64,000 bases of DNA. Origin: Octopus bimaculoides. Its lineage: Eukaryota. The DNA lies in contig NC_068987.1 of assembly GCF_001194135.2 (NCBI RefSeq), positions 17,567,797 to 17,631,796 of the forward strand. The letters are read 5' to 3'. The notes below the pieces were generated by a model. That model saw only the letters and a program-made list of their open reading frames with translations, had not been told where the DNA came from and did not search any database. How positions within the stretch are numbered: position 1 is the first letter of the stretch; each line of letters begins with the position of its first letter. This document shows, piece after piece, positions 14,012 through 27,245 of this stretch. Position numbers and translations under genes: made by a program.

Positions 14012-15400
14012 CTCCACACACACACACATACACACACACGCACGCACNNNNNNNNNNNNNNNNNNNNNNNNNNNNNNNNNNNNNNNNNNNNNNNNNNNNN
14101 NNNNNNNNNNNNNNNNNNNNNNNNNNNNNNNNNNNNNNNNNNNNNNNNNNNNNNNNNNNNNNNNNNNNNNNNNNNNNNNNNNNNNNNNNNNNNNNNNNNN
14201 NNNNNNNNNNNNNNNNNNNNNNNNNNNNNNNNNNNNNNNNNNNNNNNNNNNNNNNNTATATATATATTTATATATATATGGAAACAGGTGCGTGTGTGTG
14301 TATGTGTGCGCGCATGCGAGCCTGTACGTTTTTTGCAGATACGTATATAAAAAGGTGCCCGTATTTGTGCACACGTACAATGTATGTATGAATGTATCTA
14401 TTAATGCATGTGCAATATGTATGTCGAAGAGAAAACACACCAGTAGAACAGAAAACACAACAGAATAAATAGAAGAATTAGTTCATTTTATGTCTGTTTA
14501 CTTTGAATTTCGTATTTTATAAAAACATTAAAATAGCTACCAATGAAGCCATTGCAAGTGATATCCCAATATGGTTGTAGTGAAATGACTAAAAACAGTA
14601 ACTTGAAACAATAAATGTATTTATAAGCATTATGTTAATATATTGCTTGAGACTCTAATCGTTTCTGCTCATATGTTGTTGCCCGCGTTGGTCGATATTT
14701 TATTCTATTCAGTCAAAATTCGTGTCTTCCATAGTATCTCGCTATAGACTGATATTGATTAGATGTAAGTCAAGTCCAAAGATATGATAGTAGAGACGTG
14801 TATTTAGGTGAATGAATCGATTCCTTTACGTGAAAAACGTTTCTTTGTTTTTTTCTTTCTTCATTTCGCAAAGATGAAGGACGTGGTGTATGTGTGTGTG
14901 GGGGGTCTCTGATGTACGATAATGAAGTAAAATACTACTTGGTAATGTTTTGACTACCAAGAAGTGGAACTACTTCTAAACAACTATATTAGACACTTGG
15001 AAGCATTTACTTATATTACTCTTTGTGGTCAGATGTGTCTTTGATCACAAGGAAAACCGTTTAATATAATTACTAGTTCCGTAGTGTGGGGTTGGCTTCG
15101 CCTTCTATATTCTTCTAAACAAATAAATAAAACAAGGAATCTGAAGAACAGCGCCGTAGTTCGCTTGAAGCATGGTAGTACAGAAGTAGAAAAATTAATC
15201 AGATCAGAAGTAAGGAAAGCTTCTAACATTGCAAAAAGTTTTAAACACCTTAATATTTTGGGTCCAGAAGAATACAGCCAAAGAAATATGTATTTACTAA
15301 GATCTTGCCATTTCGGATAGTTTCCTTATATCCCGTGGATATCTTAACGACTTCTACCATGTTTATAACCATACAGAATTATTTCTCCAAGTATATTGCA

Positions 15401-15469
<69 letters not shown>

Positions 15470-15511
15470 ATCTATCTCTCTATCTCTCTATCTCTGTCTC
15501 TCTCTCTCTAA

Positions 15512-15557
<46 letters not shown>

Positions 15558-16319
15558 GATTATTTGTACAGCAATCAGGTAAGATACAGTGATTTGTATT
15601 GCAATGGTGTAATTGTTTTTCATAATTGACCTCGTATAATGGCTAAATTGTAATGAATTAATTTGTGTAGGGCTCAGTTGGATATCGATACTCCGTAACG
15701 ATTCGGTTTTGATGAATATTGTTTTCGATTAGTACCGAAATAGTCAATGACAAAAGCAACTCATAGATAACAACTTGCTGCCTGAAAAGTGCCATAAAAT
15801 TATAGTCATCTGCTCAAATTCGTCACTACACTAAATATACTTTATATTTTATGTTCGTTAAGCACTAGACTCTGTTAACGTAACACTTGTAGAGTAGAAA
15901 AGAAACCGATAAAACATACATGAGTTTCAGAAAAGGATAACGCAGTTATATTTAAATCGAAATCTTAACGATTGTACTCAAAGGTTACAGAATGACGACG
16001 ACGACATATTTAGCTCCAACTATAAAATATTAAACCAATGAAAATATCTAAGGGCTACTACAGAATTTCTATTCTCCTGACATAAACGATATTATGGTAT
16101 CGGAACTGCAAACATTGAGATTTCATTCTGAATGAATCTTGATCCAAAAATCAATTTCTATTCCATTATGACTGGATTAACGTTGAGTTTTCTATTTCAA
16201 AGAATCCATTTAAATATTTGGCGAATATTCACCGATGGCTATTGAAGGAATATAAGAAAACTCCAAAGAGATTCAGTTCAAAACGTAATAAGATTTCGAA
16301 TCCATATTTCCTCCCATTG

Positions 16320-16403
<84 letters not shown>

Positions 16404-17214
16404 ATCTATCTATGTATCTATTTATTTATCGATCATGTATCTACCTATCACATATATATGTATATATATATATNNNNNNNNNNNNNNNNNNNNNNNNNNN
16501 NNNNNNNNNNNNNNNNNNNNNNNNNNNNNNNNNNNNNNNNNNNNNNNNNNNNNNNNNNNNNNNNNNNNNNNNNNNNNNNNNNNNNNNNNNNNNNNNNNNN
16601 NNNNNNNNNNNNNNNATACTAGGATAGATAGATATAGATATATATAGATACATATGCATATACATACGTGCAGATATATATTGTGTGGTGTGTGTGTGTG
16701 TGTATCCGTGTGCGTGCGTGCGTGCGTATTTGTGTTTGTGTTTGGGAGTGTGAGTCTGTGCGTATTTTGAAATAAATATAATTCTTAACATTCTTATCGT
16801 CCTTATTGATATGTACACTTATACATCTCTATACACACACAAACACACATACACAGATATAGAGTCACACACGTACGCATACACATGCATACACATATAC
16901 ACGCACACTGACAGATACATGGATTGGTTAGCGCTTGTGTTTGCCAATGAAGCGGAAGTACTGAATACATAAAGTAGATTGTATATATTATATTACAATC
17001 TCAAATATATTGCATCGCTTCTTTCAATTTCACATGACGTTTGCACAAACGATTCACGAAAGTAGTCCGATAACATATAAGGCAAAATATCCGTAGAAAC
17101 ATTGTAATCTTAGTGGTCAGCAAAATTTCGTAGAATGGCTAAATAAAATGAACACATACCACATATATCTTCCTAGTCGCTATGCGTAGAACAAGTGCTA
17201 TATTTGTATCGCTT

Positions 17215-17412
17215 GGCAGCGAGATGGCAGAAACGTTAGCACACCGGGCGAAATGCTCTGTCTTCATGTTCTGAATTCAAATTCCGCCGAGGTCGACTTT
17301 GTCTTTCATCGTTTCGGGAGTTGATAGATTAAGTACTAGTTGCGTACTGGGTTGATCTAATCGACTAGCCCCCTCCTCAAAAATCTTGGGCCTTGTGTCT
17401 AGAGTAGAAAAG
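17215..17412 (+). mobile_element. SINE family A, monomeric-type copy
   Basis: Head ggcagcgagatggcagaaacgttagcacaccgggcgaaatg, shared core, and second-monomer tail ctagagtagaaaag. A further decayed piece lies at ~33196-33280 (-). Confidence 0.9.
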
Positions 17413-17811
17413 TATATTTGTGTCATCATCAAAATCCCTTAACTGACGCTTTCATAGTTAGCCGTCGTCACTGGTCACTTTTCTCTGTCATGCATAGCAC
17501 GTTCGATGTGCGGTGACCTCTCCAGTCCCCAATGTTTTTAAACCAGGATTTTCTTTGTCTCGCTTTTGCCCTCTCTCAATTATGCTCTGAAGAATGGTTT
17601 TACAAAAGATATGATGTCTTGATGTTTTCAGTAGCCCCACTGGTCATGGAAACAAAAAGTGATGAATGGTTAATAATTTTTTTTTTTACTTTATGCACAA
17701 AGCCTGAAATCTTGTGAGGGCATAGTCGATTAAATCGACTCCACTGCTCAACGGATACGCATTTTATTAACCCCAAAATGATGAAAAGCAAAGTTCACTT
17801 CGGTGATATTT

Positions 17812-18923
17812 AAACAATATTGCGACAGTATGTTGTCATCCTCGCGTTCAAAAGGAAACAAGTAAAGAACACAGAAATACAATGATTCAAAATATGAACC
17901 GGAATACCGTTTTTTTTTTTTCGCATTGGATTTCTCAAATGCTGTCAACACCGCACATTGTTTAACCATAACACTAAAAGCAATCATTTTACTTTATCAA
18001 CCAGTTTTTTTCAAAGGTGTCTATGTTCATGACAGTTTACATTTACCTGTAGCGTAAGAGCTAACCGCGTCAATAATACGCTATTCGCCACTAAAAAAAA
18101 AAAACAACTTTATTCCTACAATTCAACAAATTCAAAGGAACTAAAATCCCCAGTTTTTCCCATACGATTGTGGTCATTTTTGACTTGCATGCACATCTGC
18201 CATTGATTGAAAACTGTCCAGAAAATCTCTCATTTGATCAACTGAAAATCCGAACCCATATTCAATTTTACCTTGAGAACAATAAATTTAACCATTTTTT
18301 TTTTTCCGAAAGTTTAATTTTTTCAAATGCCAACAAAATTCAAAGAAGTCATTCAGAAATATATAACTCCTAGAAAGCCGAATAAATGTTATGCTTTCTC
18401 ACATAAATAGTCACAAATTTTTTTTGTCAATGAATAGACGCCATGTTTTTAATGAAATATTCCAGCAAAAATCAAAATATCTTCAAAAAACAATTGCCCA
18501 AGACAATCTATCACGTTAGTAAATACATTTATTTACGTTAAAACTTTTACCGATAACCAATCATAAATTTTGTCACTTGAAACTTCTTCGCAAGCCGAAA
18601 TCTATGTCTATAATACGACGGCGCCTGTATTATCTATCATTTTAAGCGAATAATTGTTAGTTAGTCAACGGAGTGCGTTACGCTGAACGTTTGTGAGTTT
18701 ATTCCAGGTCTTCTTTATACTTGTTTAAAGGTTTTCTCTAATGCTTGTCTAACAAGATTCAAGAAATTTTCGCAGTGTTTGTGAACGTCGCACCCGAACA
18801 TCATCCGGATGCCAGTTTAGGTCTTTGCAAACCAATTATGCCAGATTTGATCATCATTATTGTCAATAAACCTGGGATTATCTGATTTTTCGTTACCATT
18901 TTCTTTTCAAAAAATATTCCTTC
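17812..18923 (-). mobile_element. Decayed, internally deleted Penelope-like copy (left member of inverted pair)
   Basis: 18550-18923 is the reverse complement of 19024-19403, and 17813-17908 is the reverse complement of 20316-20412. Carries a decayed hammerhead at 17812-17849. Confidence 0.8.
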
Positions 18924-19023
18924 TGTGTTAGAGCTTGGATTGAGTTTCTTCCGAAACACTAAAAATGTTGACAAAAAATAAAGTAGCTCAAGGATTATTT
19001 TGGTTTATCCGCTGTCACCAGCG

Positions 19024-20413
19024 GAAGGAATATGATTTGAAAAAATGGTAACGAAAAATCAGATAATCCCAGGTTTATTAACAATAATGATGATCGAATC
19101 TGGCATAACTGACTTGCAAAAAACCTAAATTGGCATCTAGATGAATTTCGAGAGCAACGTTCACAAACACTGCTAAAATTTCTTGAATTTTGTTAGACAG
19201 GCATTAGAGAAAACCTTTAAACAAGCATAAAGGAGACCTGGAATATATACACAAACGTCCAGCGTAACGCACTCCGTCGACTAGCTAACAATTATTTACT
19301 TAAAATGACAGATAAAACGGGAGCCATCGTATTATGGACATGGATGAGTATATTTCGGCTTGCGAAGAAGTTTCAAGTGACAAAATTTATGATTGGTTAT
19401 CGGTCAGCGATGCACCAATTAGAGAGAGTAACTTGACAAAACAGATTTGGAAAAGGAGGTAAACAATTTCATACATGAGACTGAAACTAGGCTTTTGCTG
19501 TCAGAATAAAGAATATCTGTATCTCAATGTCTTCCGAAAATGCAGAAAAGGTTCAAAAAATTACCTCCATTGCGCCCAATTTGCAGCGGATATTAATATT
19601 GCACAACCAAAATTTCGCAGTTGATGGAGGGTTTTTTACTCGCTGTAGCAAAAAGATCGAGTGTCTATATTTGGGATGCATTTGATTTTGTGTTCAACCA
19701 TGGATCTTTTTCACTACACCCTAATGTTGATCTTTGTTGAGGGATGGAAGTATGCATGAATGCCTTAGAAAAATGCACAAACACAAGTTTTCTATCTAAT
19801 GTTCTCTGTAAATTATTGAAGGCTGTGTTACAAAGTAATACGATGTAGTTTGGACAAAAGTTTTGCCTCAAGATGAGGGTATGCGCCATGGAGCCCCCAG
19901 CTTTAATTTTAGGATCAAACGGATTTATATTGACATAGATGATTACTGGAAACGTGCAAAAGCTTTTGAACGCCATTATGATAAGCACGGTTTCAGTGAA
20001 TCACTATTAAAGGGCATCGCAACTGACAGATTTTGACGCTTGATTTTAGCATCCGCAGTAAAATGTATGATTGATGCTTTAGCGATTAATTGGCACCGAA
20101 ATTTTGCTGGCATTTCAAAAGTGTTTTTTGAATGCTACCAGCATATTTGAGAAAATATTTTCGTTTCATACAAATATACTGCCATCTGCCTATTGTAGCT
20201 TTTAGACACCATAAAAATATAAGAGAATTATTAACCACTATCTCTAACTCCAAGAAAACTACCACTGGAGTTTCTGAACCCTGCACTTCGAAAAACAGGC
20301 GCAAGAGGAATGCAGGATATTCTCAATCATATTTTCAATTTCTGTATTTCTACGTTCTTTACATATTTCATTTTGAACAGGAGGAAGACAGACATACTGT
20401 CAAAATATTGTTC
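19024..20413 (+). mobile_element. Decayed Penelope-like element (RT, thumb, linker, 3' pseudo-LTR)
   Basis: With frameshifts it reads NVQRNALRRLANNYLLKMTDKTGAIV.MDMDEYI, CLPKMQKRFKKLPPLRPICSG, SLHPNVD..GMEVC, NTM*FGQKFCLKMRVCAM, RIYIDIDDYWKRAKAFERHYDKHGF and LPIVAFRHHKNIRELL...SEPC. These match PLE motifs ADKG.AIVIMD, LPKIHK..P.RPI, SLYTN, G.AMG and P.VAYRR.KNLRDLL. Confidence 0.85.
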
Positions 20414-20849
20414 AGTTCCACAAACAGTCAATTCCTGTTACAAAACGCATCACGCTTAGACGCAAGTCACAACAACAACATCCCCTTAGACGCAATCACA
20501 ACAGCAACAACTTCAACAATAACAACAATGAGGAGATTAACCATATTTCATGGGCAAGACGAGCTCACTAATGTTGGTTGATAATCGTCCTTCAGTTATC
20601 TCGAACAAAATTATCCCTTGGTGGGAAAGGGTAAAACGCATAACTAAAAGAAATACAGTGTCTATAAACAAAAACACACACCGGATCGGTTTTCGCCCGG
20701 ATCAGTAAAGGCAGTGTCCCCCTGAGAAGTATCAGCCTGAGGCCAAAACGTCTGCAGCTGAAACAAGCTCCGCTTCATATACGAACTTGAATGGTCATTT
20801 GAACGAGATTATTCTCATCCCAATCGCTCCCAGTTCATTAGCAGCACAA

Positions 20850-23127
20850 AGAAAACAACAATCTGAACGTATTAAACGGACCCTGGAAAAGTATAATGAA
20901 GTTATATGTGCATTCTCTCACTGACTGCGTAAAACCATCTGAATCAAAAGAAACAGTAAATTCTTTTACGGTATGGCGAAATAGAAATCCAGTAATGAAG
21001 CAAAATATGGATGAAAACAAACTTGCAAATGTGACGTGACATTCTTAGAAACAAGCAACTAATAGATTTAGTGTTATATGGAATGAAGTGGAAGTTGAAA
21101 AAAAAACATAGGAAGATATCAACAAGAAGAGATGAAAGTCAATACGTAACTGAAAAAAACCCCCACAAACTTTAGTAACCGGAAGAAATTTCGCAAAAAT
21201 TTGAAAATATCAGAAATACAAAAGAGAAAATTTAAGCTTAAAGACAGATTAATGATATGGATTAGGTTACTTTTACCCATGACGATAAAGATCGAATAAA
21301 ATAAACACAAGAAATTCTCAAAGAACGTGGAAAAGTCAAAAACATTAGCATGTGTGAAAGTGATTCGGTACAAAAATTGACAAACAACAACTTAAACAAA
21401 AAGGCATGAGAATTGGAAATGAGGCTGTTAAAGCAATAATAGAAGAGATGGAGCCTGATATAGCAGAATTGATTGAGGTTATATATGCAACAGGACCGGT
21501 AATAGAAAAGTAATGTATGTCAAGGAAAAGACGAAAGACACACAACTCTCATACACACACACAAAATAAAATACCCAGGAAGATAAGAATAGAGAAAGAA
21601 ACTGAAATGATGAGGTGAGAAATATCGATTTGTGATAAAATATATGCTGGGAAATCTGTCAAGAAAAAGGCAGAGGGTGATTAAGAAATACAAAGTAACT
21701 TCAAAACATGATATCCCATCTTTCAAAGTGACCCTGAAACAGAAAGTACAGTTGAAAGTTCAGAGTCAGAAGATTTGAGAAACGAAACGGATTTCCCGGC
21801 GAAATAAGCCGTTTATATCAGATGCAAAAATGTTTTGCCGGAAGATTGCGATATCAGCAATTGAGAAAACGAATATCCTTTAATTAATGAGACGGATGAA
21901 TTTTGAAAAACATTGATTAAATGATAGTAGATATGTTATCTTCAATCGATGATCACAACTCAACAACCTTAAATCTTCATTCCTTAACATGAATTTTATC
22001 CCTCTGATCTCTCTTTTTCATTAATTTTTCATTCTGACTTTCTCCATCATTTTTTAATTCTGCATTTATAATTCCTAAACAAATTATTAATATCCAAATT
22101 ACTCATATGAGATACAAAACATATGGAATACAAACATACGGAATACAAAACAATCTAATAATGAGAATGCATAAGAGATAAAGAACATGGGAGAGACATA
22201 CAATGATTAAGAAATGCAGACATAAGATGCAACAATGAAGAACTTGAGTTAGCATTAAAGAAGGTGAAGAGAAAGAGATGGAAGTATCCAAGCACTTATG
22301 TAGATCAAACTCATACCATTCAATGTCTCCGAGGTACTGAGCTAAAAGCAAAGACTGAGCGTTTCATTTTGTCTGCACATGACCAGTGCCTTTCAGCGCG
22401 CTACGTTCAAACCAATGTAATAAGAAATACTATTGACCTAAAATGTCGATTTTGTGATGAGCAGTTAGAGACCACTGTCCAATTTGTTTCAGCCTGCAAA
22501 CTAATAGTTCCCCAGTAATATAAAACTAGGAGTGGTCGAGTAGGGCAATATTTACATAGGGTAATATGCAGGCCTTACTACATAATGACAGAAGAAAATG
22601 CCACCCACCTGCTGTAATAGGAGACGAGGATATGACATTGCGTTGGCATTTCCTGTAACCACTCAGAATGATCCGTTCAAACAGACCCAATATAATAGTG
22701 AAGCACCGCAAAAATAAACATGCATTTTAATTACCATTAGCATGCCATGTGATCGCAAAATCTGGAAAGAGTTGCGAAACCTCTGTAAATATGAAGGTCG
22801 GATACCTCCTTTACAATACCAAATATAGTTGATGCACTTGGAATGATAAAAAAAGAGAACAGAAAAGTATTTGGACCAGATACCTGGAAAGCTATCCCTG
22901 CGAGATGTACATAAAATACTGTCGACAGGCCTAGTATACGTCTTGAGAAAGACATTATTAATTTAAATACCTTGCAAAAACATTTACTGTATTTTATCCC
23001 CTTACAGTGAGAGTTGTAAGTCAATAGATTGTTAAATGTGTGTATAAACAATTCTGCCTCGGCTATGGCGGTAACTCTCGGCAAGATATAGGAGAGGTGT
23101 AGAATTCAAAGGAAATTAATAACTAAA
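20850..23127 (+). mobile_element. Decayed R4/Dong-like LINE (restriction-like endonuclease type), internally deleted
   Basis: N-terminal WRNRNP..NMDENKLANV.RDILRNK and RIEKETEMMR*EISI. C-terminal LKAKTERFILSAHDQCLSARY...KCRFCDEQLETTVQFVSAC (CCHC knuckle), Y..R...V..YLH..IC and ALGMIKK..EKYLDQIPGKLSL. Ends at (TAA)n. Confidence 0.8.
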
Positions 23128-23206
<79 letters not shown>

Positions 23207-23250
23207 TGATGATGATGATGTTCGCCGAATTCCACTGAGCGAACATATAC

Positions 23251-23313
23251 GGACATGTGACCAGAAAATCTTTCTAGTTTTTCCTTTCCACAAACTACAT
23301 GACACAAGTGAGG
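23251..23313 (-). CDS. Candidate exon (63 nt): SLVSCSLWKGKTRKIFWSHV
   Basis: Very strong acceptor tttttcttttatctttcttccag and phase 1/1 compatible with its neighbours. The donor TCC|GTATAT is weak. Confidence 0.3.
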
Positions 23314-23768
23314 CTGGAAGAAAGATAAAAGAAAAACGTTTTGCTAAAATGTTCACAACTCTTCTGAACGTAAATAACAGCAATAATATAACAAACAATT
23401 AACGCTGTGGATTAAAACAAATATCTCTAGCATATAAATATGAACAAGTTACAGGATATCGGTAAACCTGACAAACCGTGATGCTTAAGCTGCATGCGGA
23501 TCGGTCAAAACGATATTCTAAAAATTCAGCTTCTTGGAGCGTTCTAAGAGGTACTAAAACTGTCAAGAACTCAACTGCCAGTTAAATATATTACAAATGT
23601 GATGATTACACTACGTATGAAAGCGCTAAGTTAACTTCATGAGCATTACAGAATATATTTTTTTATGTTAAAATACCATAATAAAAAAAACTTGAAAACC
23701 AGACCATGTTTCAGCTTTGTTCAACTGATATATATAAATCTATACACACATGCACACACAAAGACACA

Positions 23769-23832
<64 letters not shown>

Positions 23833-25127
23833 ATGTCTTTTACTTGATTCAGTGATTGGACTGCTTCCATACTGGGACACCGCCTTAAAGTGTTTAGCCG
23901 AGCGAAACGAGCTCAGCACTTTCTTGTTCTTTTATTTTTAAAGTCAGGTACTTTATGTGTTTCTTATGCCGAAAAAACTAAGTATCTAGGATGTAAACAC
24001 AAAGTTATGGAGGGTTATACACAAACTCAAGATACATCCTCACACATTCCCAAACACATATGTAGGACTGACCTCCGCACAGATCCTGTTTACCAAATTC
24101 GCTCACAAGGCAGAGCATAAGCTTGTATAAAATTAGCAATCTAATTCATTCATAGAGTATAATAACTTAATATTTTTTTTAAATAGAAGACATTGAAAAT
24201 ATGAACCAAAAGGTAAATTATTTTATATCTGCTGGTATGGGAAACGGCATAGAATTTCTAAACTGAGATAACTTCATGAGGAATTTTTCAAACTACAGTG
24301 TCTTTAAAAAATACAGGATCCACATTGCTTTATTTCGTGGTCTGTTAACGATTTAAGTATAAATGTAGTGTATAATTCGTGCGCGTCAGTGAGATTTAGA
24401 GACCGTGAAAATAACTTTAAATTCAGAGAAGAGAGAACTGACGTCAGAAAGAAAGAAAAAGAAACGAAATAGAAAAAAAGCAGAGTGTGACATTAGCTGG
24501 CAAACTTTCTAAATCTCGCACCAATACTAATCTATTATCACCTACATGATAACTATCAGTCTTTTCTTGTATCTTTTTTGTTTATATCCCTCTGGGGCCA
24601 TGAACCAGCATCTTCATTTGTTTCAAAAATATTGTATTATTATGGTGTTTCTCAATGTTTTATTATTATGCGATGATTTTGCAGTGGTGTGAAAAACTTT
24701 GAAATGACGTTTATGAGGACGGAAAGTATAATTAAATATTATTACTAGAATTAAAAGCAGTATTTCTAGGTGAGCGGGCGCTCAATGCCCATGAGGTTAT
24801 TTCGAGCGTTATACCACAAACCGTACAAATATTACTTGGATTAGTGCCATGGTCGAGCTTAATATTCCTTAATGAATTATCATTCCATAAATGTAAATCG
24901 ATTATTTATGTTAATACGACCAAGCAGTGTGAAGCTATCTAAAAGCATGGCTAAATGATTTCAAAGTTTATAGAAAATATTATAGATATATACATAAGAA
25001 CGCTAGTTTGTGTATGCTTGATGAACATATGAATAGAAGCATCTATGATTTTAGTTATAGTAAATGCATATATGAACGCATACCCTACTTAGGTACATGC
25101 ATAGGTGTATATATGTGGCTGTATGTA

Positions 25128-25196
<69 letters not shown>

Positions 25197-25198
<2 letters not shown>

Positions 25199-25531
25199 GC
25201 ATGGCTGAGTCGTAAGAAGATTGCTTTCCAACCACATCGTTGCGGGTTCTGTCCCACGGCAAGTGTTTTCCGCTATAACCTCGGGCCGGTCAAAGCGCTG
25301 TGAGTGAATTTGGGAGACAGAAACTGTGTGTTTATGTCTGTGCTTGTCCACCATCATCACTCGATAAACAGTCTTGGTGTGTTTACGTCTGCCTAACTTA
25401 GCACTTCGTGAAAGAAGTACTAGGCTTAAAATTAAGTCTTGGAGTCGAATTGTTCGGCAAAAACACTTTAAGGCGGTGTCCCAGCATGACCGCAGTCAGA
25501 TGACGGAAACAGGTTAAAGAATAAAAGAATA
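25197..25531 (+). mobile_element. SINE family B, full-length decayed copy
   Basis: tRNA-like head gggcatggctgagtcgtaagaag...gcgggttctgtccc. Tail gcagtcagatgacggaaacagg.taaagaataaaagaat. Confidence 0.85.
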
Positions 25532-25737
25532 AGCCCGGCTTTGCAAGGGATTAAGTTAGGATTATTAAGCTAATCAAGTTCTTTATTTCAAACCAAACTA
25601 AGTAACATCTACGTGAAATTTGGGCGAAATCCGTTGAAATTTGTTAAACTAGACTGTTGAATAGCAGCCCAGTCAAGATGGTATTTTTTCTTTTCTTACT
25701 CTTGTTTTTTGCACACATCTTTGTAAAATGATATTCC

Positions 25738-25835
25738 ATTATGCAGCTGAGGAGTAGATTTTCATTGTACATTTTACGTAGTGTTCTCACTACATGAATA
25801 AATGAAGTTTGTACGAAGCGTACGTACTGCTATAA
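25738..25835 (+). ncRNA. Hammerhead-like motif with one core substitution (GAAG for GAAA)
   Basis: ttat GCAG CTGAGGA GTA...TAC GAAG CGTACG T A CTGC t ataa. Stem I, stem II (extended by ttcatt/aatgaa) and a palindromic stem III are all present. Confidence 0.65.
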
Positions 25836-26012
25836 CCTATTGAATTTTTGTTGCTTTTCTTCAAATTATACATATATATATATATATAGAAAGATATGTG
25901 GGTATATATGTATGTATGAATGTATGTATATATATGTACTAGTGTGCTTGCGTGCATGATATATATACACACATTTACGCATACAATGCGTGCATGTGAG
26001 AGTGTAGAGTAT

Positions 26013-26094
<82 letters not shown>

Positions 26095-27212
26095 GTATGT
26101 ATGGTATGTATGTATGTGTGTGTGTATGTATGTATGCATGTATGTATGTATGTATATATGTATAGAGAGAGAGAGAGAGAGAGACTGACAGACAGAGACA
26201 GAGATAGTAAATGCAATAATTACATAGTGCCTTAATACGTCGTACGTTTATATGATATTCTGCTAAAAGGTTAAGAAGCCTTAAGAACACCACGAGATTT
26301 TAGTGAATAAATACAGGACAACATTATAACGAACTGTATCTAAGTTACACGCATTTCAGTACCTACATTGTTTTGAATATCCGTTTGTGAATACCGGAGG
26401 GTGTATCACACAGATAGAGGTCCTCATATTTACTAAAGAATTAGATTCAATGAAACATAACCACACACGCATACAGACACACACACACGCACAAACCGAA
26501 AACGCACAAAACACGTACATATGTCATAGATGCACACTTAAATATACAAACACACACACACATATATGAAAGAGAAAGAAAGATATAGATCGATGTACAG
26601 ATTGTCGGAGAGACAGGTAAGTATACATATATATATGTACATATATATGCCTACGTATATAAATATATATGCGTGTGTGTGAGTATGTGTGTATAGCATG
26701 TATATATATATATATATATCTCTCTATATATATATATATGTAAGATATATATGTATGTGTGTATCTATGTATATGTATGTATGTAAGATATATATATATA
26801 TATGTATGTATATGTATATATATATATATATATATANNNNNNNNNNNNNNNNNNNNNNNNNNNNNNNNNNNNNNNNNNNNNNNNNNNNNNNNNNNNNNNN
26901 NNNNNNNNNNNNNNNNNNNNNNNNNNNNNNNNNNNNNNNNNNNNNNNNNNNNNNNNNNNNNNNNNNNNNNNNNNNNNNNNNNNNNNNNNNNNNNNNNNNN
27001 NNNNNNNNNNNNNNNNNNNNNNNNNNNNNNNNNNNNNNNNNNNNNNNNNNNNNNNNNNNNNNNNNNNNNNNNNNNNNNNNNNNNNNNNNNNNNNNNNNNN
27101 NNNNNNNNNNNNNNNNNNNNNNNNNNNNNNNNNNNNNNNNNNNNNNNNNNNNNNNNNNNNNNNNNNNNNNNNNNNNNNNNNNNNNNNNNNNNNNNNNNNN
27201 NNNNNNNNNNNN

Positions 27213-27245
<33 letters not shown>

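Noticed and set aside
16075-16112. CTGACATAAA CGATA/TATCG GAACTGCA as a hammerhead relic
   Set aside because: Both boxes are damaged; only a 5-bp hairpin is real.
20670-20770. HDV-like ribozyme at the 5' end of the R4/Dong-like element
   Set aside because: Plausible from the biology of RLE-type LINEs, but I could not assemble the double pseudoknot by eye.
24769-24890. Plus-strand candidate exon GERALNAHEVISSVIPQ... (and 33048-33187, NVMIEISEMKWMQAC...)
   Set aside because: Open frames of this length occur by chance in 64 kb, and there is no motif or consistent gene model.
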